Positions 7,916 to 11,690 of a stretch of 11,690 nucleotides of DNA are shown here, one piece after another. The position numbers and the translations under genes are program-made. Positions within the stretch are counted from its first letter, which is position 1, and the number at the start of each line of letters is the position of its first letter. This DNA is from Campylobacterales bacterium (GTDB lineage: Bacteria > Campylobacterota > Campylobacteria > Campylobacterales > Sulfurimonadaceae), in assembly GCA_038205935.1 (NCBI GenBank), contig JBBRBK010000061.1, positions 1-11,690 on the forward strand, read 5' to 3'. Below the pieces are notes generated by a model. It searched no databases. It was given only the letters and a program-made list of their open reading frames with translations, and had not been told where the DNA came from.

Positions 7916-8806
7916 TTATTGAGAGTTCTTTTTAAGAAATGAAGAAAAATTATTTTCTATTTCTACTGAAAACTCATCCATCATAACATATCGTTTTTTA
8001 TACATAGAACGTTTTTTCGTAGCTATTTCTTCTATTGTTTTTCTTTCAAGATATATGGGGATGTTGTACCATCCATTATGCTTGATTCCACTTTCTTCTT
8101 CCCAATAAGTATTATACGGGGCACAAAAATTCTTTCTTTTCTTTTGCTTTTCCATATGGTTTTCTTCTGATATTGCAAGAATTTGTTTTGCGTTTGTGGC
8201 AATAGCGATAGCTCTCATTATAAACACTAAAAGATTTCTTGGTCTTAGCCCGTGCATTTTTTTCGTTAATTCTTTTATTACTTCGTTTGAACCTTTTCCA
8301 CCTTGAATACCGCCAATGACGAGATGCAAATCATCATATTTTTTCTGAAAAGAAAATGTTATGGCATATAATTTTTCATCTCTATCATTTAATAACTGTA
8401 ACGAAAGTTCACCCTCTTTGCCACATAGTGCGTTATACCCTAAAATTATTTTTAAATTTTCAAGATCTTGTATATTTATAGATAATAGTTCTAAATGTCG
8501 TTTGACATAAACTTGCTCAATGAAAAGATCATTAAAATTCTCTGAAAGAAATCTATAATGGGATGAAATGTGTTGAAATTTTTCAGACTTTTTCATAGTA
8601 GATGATACATATTGTCGGAATGGTTTATAGTAAACTTCAGGCATTGTTTTAGCGATGAATAAGAACTTATCAGCATTAAAAATATTTCGTAACTCATTCA
8701 TATTTTGATTGTATGCAAGCATTAAAAAGGTGGCTTTATGTTTTTTTCGAAATGAACTAAATATTAGTGAGGAAAGCTTATAGGAGGTTTTATATTTTGA
8801 TATCAT
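7916..8806 (-). CDS. VirK/YbjX (DUF535) family protein
   Basis: KEGELSL, LVIGGIQG, IKELTKKMHGLRPRNLL, YNTYWEE and IATKKRSMYKKRY match DUF535 motifs. Exact start is uncertain (no clear SD). Confidence 0.85.
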   Translation of the reverse strand: MISKYKTSYKLSSLIFSSFRKKHKATFLMLAYNQNMNELRNIFNADKFLFIAKTMPEVYYKPFRQYVSSTMKKSEKFQHISSHYRFLSENFNDLFIEQVYVKRHLELLSINIQDLENLKIILGYNALCGKEGELSLQLLNDRDEKLYAITFSFQKKYDDLHLVIGGIQGGKGSNEVIKELTKKMHGLRPRNLLVFIMRAIAIATNAKQILAISEENHMEKQKKRKNFCAPYNTYWEEESGIKHNGWYNIPIYLERKTIEEIATKKRSMYKKRYVMMDEFSVEIENNFSSFLKKNSQ

Positions 8807-8856
8807 TTATTACTACTTTGCATCGAAAAAATTATTATTTGTTAATTTATATAGAG

Positions 8857-8899
8857 ATTTTAGCATATAGCTTTTTATCTTTAAAGCCTGATTATAGCG
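8857..8899 (-). promoter_or_regulatory. Two candidate sigma70 -10 elements for the virK-like gene
   Basis: Minus strand TGCTAAAAT (8857-8865, extended -10) and perfect TATAAT (8891-8896). Confidence 0.5.
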
Positions 8900-8945
8900 A
8901 AAAATACCTTTCTTAGTGTTTTATGGTGTTTCCAAAATATTCCCT

Positions 8946-9007
8946 TTATATCTCCCAATTTCGTTATAATTCTACCCAATGAATAAATAGGAAATCTATA
9001 CAAAATA
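8946..9007 (+). repeat. Direct repeat B, copy 1 (duplicated promoter and dead 5' end of the kinase gene)
   Basis: First 29 bp are identical to 10038-10066; overall 57/62 with 4 substitutions and 1 indel. Contains TATAAT (8965-8970) and ATG AAT AAA TAG (8979-8990). Confidence 0.95.
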
Positions 9008-9085
9008 CAATTTAAACTATATTTAATACATTTTTTAGGATACAATAAAGCAAAATAACATTTTAGTTGTATTTAGGAGTTTGTG

Positions 9086-9355
9086 ATGCTAAAGGGTAAA
9101 AGAGTCAAAGCTACAAATGCTCCATCATTTGATGAATCGTTATCGACTGAATCCATAGGCTTGTTTATAAAAGCAAGAAGAACACAGCAAGGACTAAGTA
9201 CGAATGATGCGGCGATGCTATGTGGTGTTTCTGCAAATACTCTCAATAATATTGAAAATGGTATCAGTGGTATGAAAGTCTCATCGATCCTTAGTATAAT
9301 GAGTGCTCTTGGTATAAAGCTTCGTATTCTTCCATGGAATGAATGGAAAAAATAG
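9086..9355 (+). CDS. hipB: HipB-like XRE/Cro helix-turn-helix antitoxin
   Basis: IGLFIKARRTQQGLSTNDAAMLCGVSANTLNNIENG...ILSIMSALGIKL HTH pattern. SD AGGAG at 9075-9079; ATG 9086 (or GTG 9083). Directly upstream of hipA remnants. Confidence 0.8.
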   Translation: MLKGKRVKATNAPSFDESLSTESIGLFIKARRTQQGLSTNDAAMLCGVSANTLNNIENGISGMKVSSILSIMSALGIKLRILPWNEWKK

Positions 9356-10029
9356 GTTTTTCCATATCTCCTGTCGCTCGCAAAAGCTGTTCATCTGAAT
9401 GTCGCAGAAGTTGAACTCTATCGGGTAAAAGAATATCCGATCCTTATGGTAAAAAGATTTGATAGAATTTATAAAATAAACAGAGTAGAACGCTTACATG
9501 TAATCGATGGATGCCAGATGCTAGACCTTTCTCCTTCTTACAAATATGAAAGGAATTTCGGTTCAGGAAGAGATGTAAAAGATATTCGCAACGGTGCATG
9601 CAAACTTTTTAAAATGGCAGATATATGTGAAGTGCCTGCAAAAGCTAAATTGGAGATGCTTCAATGGAGTATATTTAATCTTATCATCGGCAATTGTGAT
9701 GCTCATGGAAAAAACTTTTCATTTTTTGTAGATAAAAAAGGAGCTATGATATGCTCTGCATTCTGATGCATGAGGGGATAGAACATGATCTTGCAATGTC
9801 ATTTGGCGATGAGTTTCATCCAGACAAAGTTTTTGCATATCAGCTAAGAGAGTTTGCCGAAAATATTGGTATAAACTTCAAACTAGTTTCACAAACTGTA
9901 AAAAAACTTTGTGAAGCACCTATAAAGGCCATGGAAAAAGAGATTATGCAACAATTGAAGAGTTTGATAGTTTTTCGTGCTACAAACTTAAAAGTATCTG
10001 CTTTGGAAATGTCACATGTATCTTGGTAG
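9341..10029 (+). pseudogene. hipA: HipA-family toxin kinase pseudogene with several deletions and frameshifts
   Basis: Fragments read SLAKAVHLNVAEVEL...LMVKRFDR, RLHVIDGCQML, FNLIIGNCDAHGKNFS (catalytic loop), then a frameshift to YDMLC (9745) where APxYD is expected. Most of the N-terminal half is absent. Confidence 0.88.
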
Positions 10030-10037
10030 AAAGGAGC

Positions 10038-10098
10038 TTATATCTCCCAATTTCGTTATAATTCTATCCATGAATAAATATAAAATCCATACAAAATA
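10038..10098 (+). repeat. Direct repeat B, copy 2 (promoter and 5' end of the intact kinase gene)
   Basis: 57/62 match to 8946-9007; offset 1092 bp. Confidence 0.95.
10057..10062 (+). promoter_or_regulatory. -10 box TATAAT, 7 nt upstream of kinase ATG 10070
   Basis: Perfect consensus hexamer, conserved in both copies of repeat B. Confidence 0.65.
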
Positions 10099-10813
10099 TG
10101 CCGCTGCCTTTGAATCTTTTCTTTTAAATATAAAAGCGCATTTTTCAGACAATACCAACACTATCCATAAAGCCAGAAATGAGATCAAAGTCATCGATCA
10201 CAACGGTATGAACACGGTCGTCAAATCTTTTAAAATTCCAAACCTTTTTAATCGCATCGTTTACTCCTTTTTTAGAGATTCAAAAGCAAAAAAATCATAT
10301 GAAAACTCTTTAAAAATCATAAATTTTGTGCCCCAACCTATAGGCTATATAGAGTTTTATAACTCTTCTTTACTGAAAAATAGCTACTTTGTGAGCCAAA
10401 AATTTGATTATGATTTTACGATCAGAGAGCCTCTTTTAGATAAAAGTTTTGATGAGAGAGATAAGATATTTCAAGCATTTGCCAGATTTACACTGGAACT
10501 TCATAATGAAAATATTTTCCATGATGACTATTCTCCGGGGAATATCTTGATTCAAAAAGATGTAAACGGCTACATCTTTAAACTTGTCGATATCAATAGA
10601 ATGAAGTTCTATGATCTCAGTCAAATGGAGCGAGCGAAAAACTTCTCAAAACTTTGGGCGAGTGATGACGAACTCACTGTTATGGCGACTGAATATATGA
10701 AACACTATGAGTGTACCAGCGATTTTATCGACCAAGTACTCTACTTTTCAAATAAAAATAAAAAGATTAAAAACTTTAAAAAACGCCTCAAAGGACAAGC
10801 GGTCAATGACTAA
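10070..10813 (+). CDS. Lipopolysaccharide kinase (Kdo/WaaP-like family)
   Basis: IHKARNEIK, VVKSFK, SKAKKSYENS, catalytic loop HDDYSPGNIL and LVDINR. ATG 10070 preferred because ATG 10016 lies inside the hipA remnant. Confidence 0.8.
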   Translation: MNKYKIHTKYAAAFESFLLNIKAHFSDNTNTIHKARNEIKVIDHNGMNTVVKSFKIPNLFNRIVYSFFRDSKAKKSYENSLKIINFVPQPIGYIEFYNSSLLKNSYFVSQKFDYDFTIREPLLDKSFDERDKIFQAFARFTLELHNENIFHDDYSPGNILIQKDVNGYIFKLVDINRMKFYDLSQMERAKNFSKLWASDDELTVMATEYMKHYECTSDFIDQVLYFSNKNKKIKNFKKRLKGQAVND

Positions 10814-11567
10814 TACAGCGATCGAACATATCTCTTGTGTCATCATTGTAAAAGATGCTGAGACCACCTTGTCAGCGACTCTCAACTCTCTTAAAAGCTT
10901 CGCGAATGTCGTCGTTTACAGCAACAACTCAACAGATAAAACAGAAGAAATAGCGCAAAGTTATACAAATGTTCATCTTGTAAAAGGTGAGTTTTTAGGA
11001 TTTGGACCTACTAAAAATCTCGCCGCAAGCTATGCCAAAAATGAGTGGATTTTATCTTTAGATGCAGATGAAGTTCTATCTGATGAATTTACCCGTAACT
11101 TAAAAAATATCAATCTCGATGCGCAAAGCGTTTACACCATTACAAGAATCAATTTTTACAAATCAACCCAGATCAAACACTGCTGGGGCGATGATATCAT
11201 CGTCAGACTCTACAATAAAACTTCGACCTCTTTTACGGACAAAAAAGTACACGAAAAAATCATAGATGAAGGCTTACATGTAAGCGCTATCAGCGGAGAT
11301 GTGCAACATTTCCCGTACTCTTCCATTACGGATTTCATCATCAAACTCGACAGATACTCAACTATCTACGCGCAGGACAATGTCGGTAAAAAAAGCTCCT
11401 CACCGACAAAAGCTTTCCTCAACGGCCTCTTCTCTTTTTTCAAGACATACTTCATAAAAAGAGGCTTTCAAGACGGATACGCTGGACTCGTTATAGCCTT
11501 CTCACATATGGCTACAAATTTTTATAAGTATATGAAACTTTATGAACTAAATAAGGAAAAAAACTAA
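10806..11567 (+). CDS. Glycosyltransferase family 2, WaaE/KdtX-like LPS core transferase
   Basis: ISCVIIVKD, NSTDKT, FLGFGPTKN, WILSLDADE, KVHE and GFQDGYAGL motifs. ATG 10806 with SD AAAGGA overlaps the kinase stop. Confidence 0.88.
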   Translation: MTNTAIEHISCVIIVKDAETTLSATLNSLKSFANVVVYSNNSTDKTEEIAQSYTNVHLVKGEFLGFGPTKNLAASYAKNEWILSLDADEVLSDEFTRNLKNINLDAQSVYTITRINFYKSTQIKHCWGDDIIVRLYNKTSTSFTDKKVHEKIIDEGLHVSAISGDVQHFPYSSITDFIIKLDRYSTIYAQDNVGKKSSSPTKAFLNGLFSFFKTYFIKRGFQDGYAGLVIAFSHMATNFYKYMKLYELNKEKN

Positions 11568-11690
11568 ATGCTCTTCAACTCCTACGAATTCATATTTGCT
11601 TTTTTACCTTTAACATTCTTTATCTATTTTTATCTCTTAAAAAAGCGTTTGAGTGTCGGAGCGAGAGGTTTTTTGGTCTTTGCATCTCTC
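11568..11690 (+). CDS. MBOAT family O-acyltransferase (AlgI/PatA-like), 5' fragment cut by window edge
   Basis: Reads MLFNSYEFIFAFLPLTFFIYFYLLKKRLSVGARGFLVFASL, the MLFNSxxFxxxFLP...ASL start typical of the family. Abuts the upstream stop; SD AAGGA. Not in the ORF track. Confidence 0.82.
   Translation, partial: MLFNSYEFIFAFLPLTFFIYFYLLKKRLSVGARGFLVFASL

Noticed and set aside
7835..8889. Loose similarity between the GT4 and virK-like upstream regions (AGGCTTT..AAAG..TAAAA..TGnTAnnATCT) as a third flanking duplication
   Set aside because: The alignment needs several gaps and is explained by shared promoter consensus.
106..10624. Opposite-strand ORFs in the track (106-312, 688-927, 2038-2370, 3276-3458, 5979-6425, 6668-7114, 6733-6948, 7129-7521, 10012-10194, 10436-10624)
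   Set aside because: All are antisense shadows of well-supported genes and show no recognisable motifs.
2823..10805. Long N-terminal starts at 2823, 10016 and 10707
   Set aside because: Downstream ATGs (2850, 10070, 10806) have SD, promoter or overlap support. The extensions run through a repeat, the hipA remnant or the kinase gene.
1..11690. CRISPR array, integron attC cassettes, IS elements, tRNA/rRNA, poly-G/C phase-variation tracts
   Set aside because: No regularly spaced repeats, attC-like hairpins, transposase or integrase ORFs, RNA gene signatures or long G/C runs were seen. The A8/T8 runs at 3800-3807 and 5702-5709 leave their genes in frame.

Overview
AT-rich bacterial LPS/LOS (core and O-antigen) biosynthesis locus. 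Its TATAAT-type promoters, AAGG-type SD sites and gene set suggest Campylobacterota (Sulfurimonas/Arcobacter-like); this is inference only. The + strand carries a partial NDP-sugar epimerase, two GT2s, a CatB/Vat-like O-acyltransferase and a WaaL-like O-antigen ligase. These converge on two minus-strand GT4s and a VirK/YbjX (DUF535) gene. A divergent + strand unit follows, with a Kdo/WaaP-family kinase, a GT2 and the start of an MBOAT gene. Three non-LPS passenger modules are interleaved: an orphan MNT nucleotidyltransferase with a likely A9 frameshift, an ORF6N DNA-binding protein, and hipB plus a deletion-riddled hipA. Two of these ~1 kb modules are each bracketed by a 60-80 bp degenerate direct repeat of a host gene terminus: a GT2 3' end (1755-1831/2765-2841) and the kinase promoter plus 5' end (8946-9007/10038-10098). 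No integrase or transposase is present in the window. The second GT2-end copy forms a 34-aa mini-ORF with ATGA overlaps at both ends.
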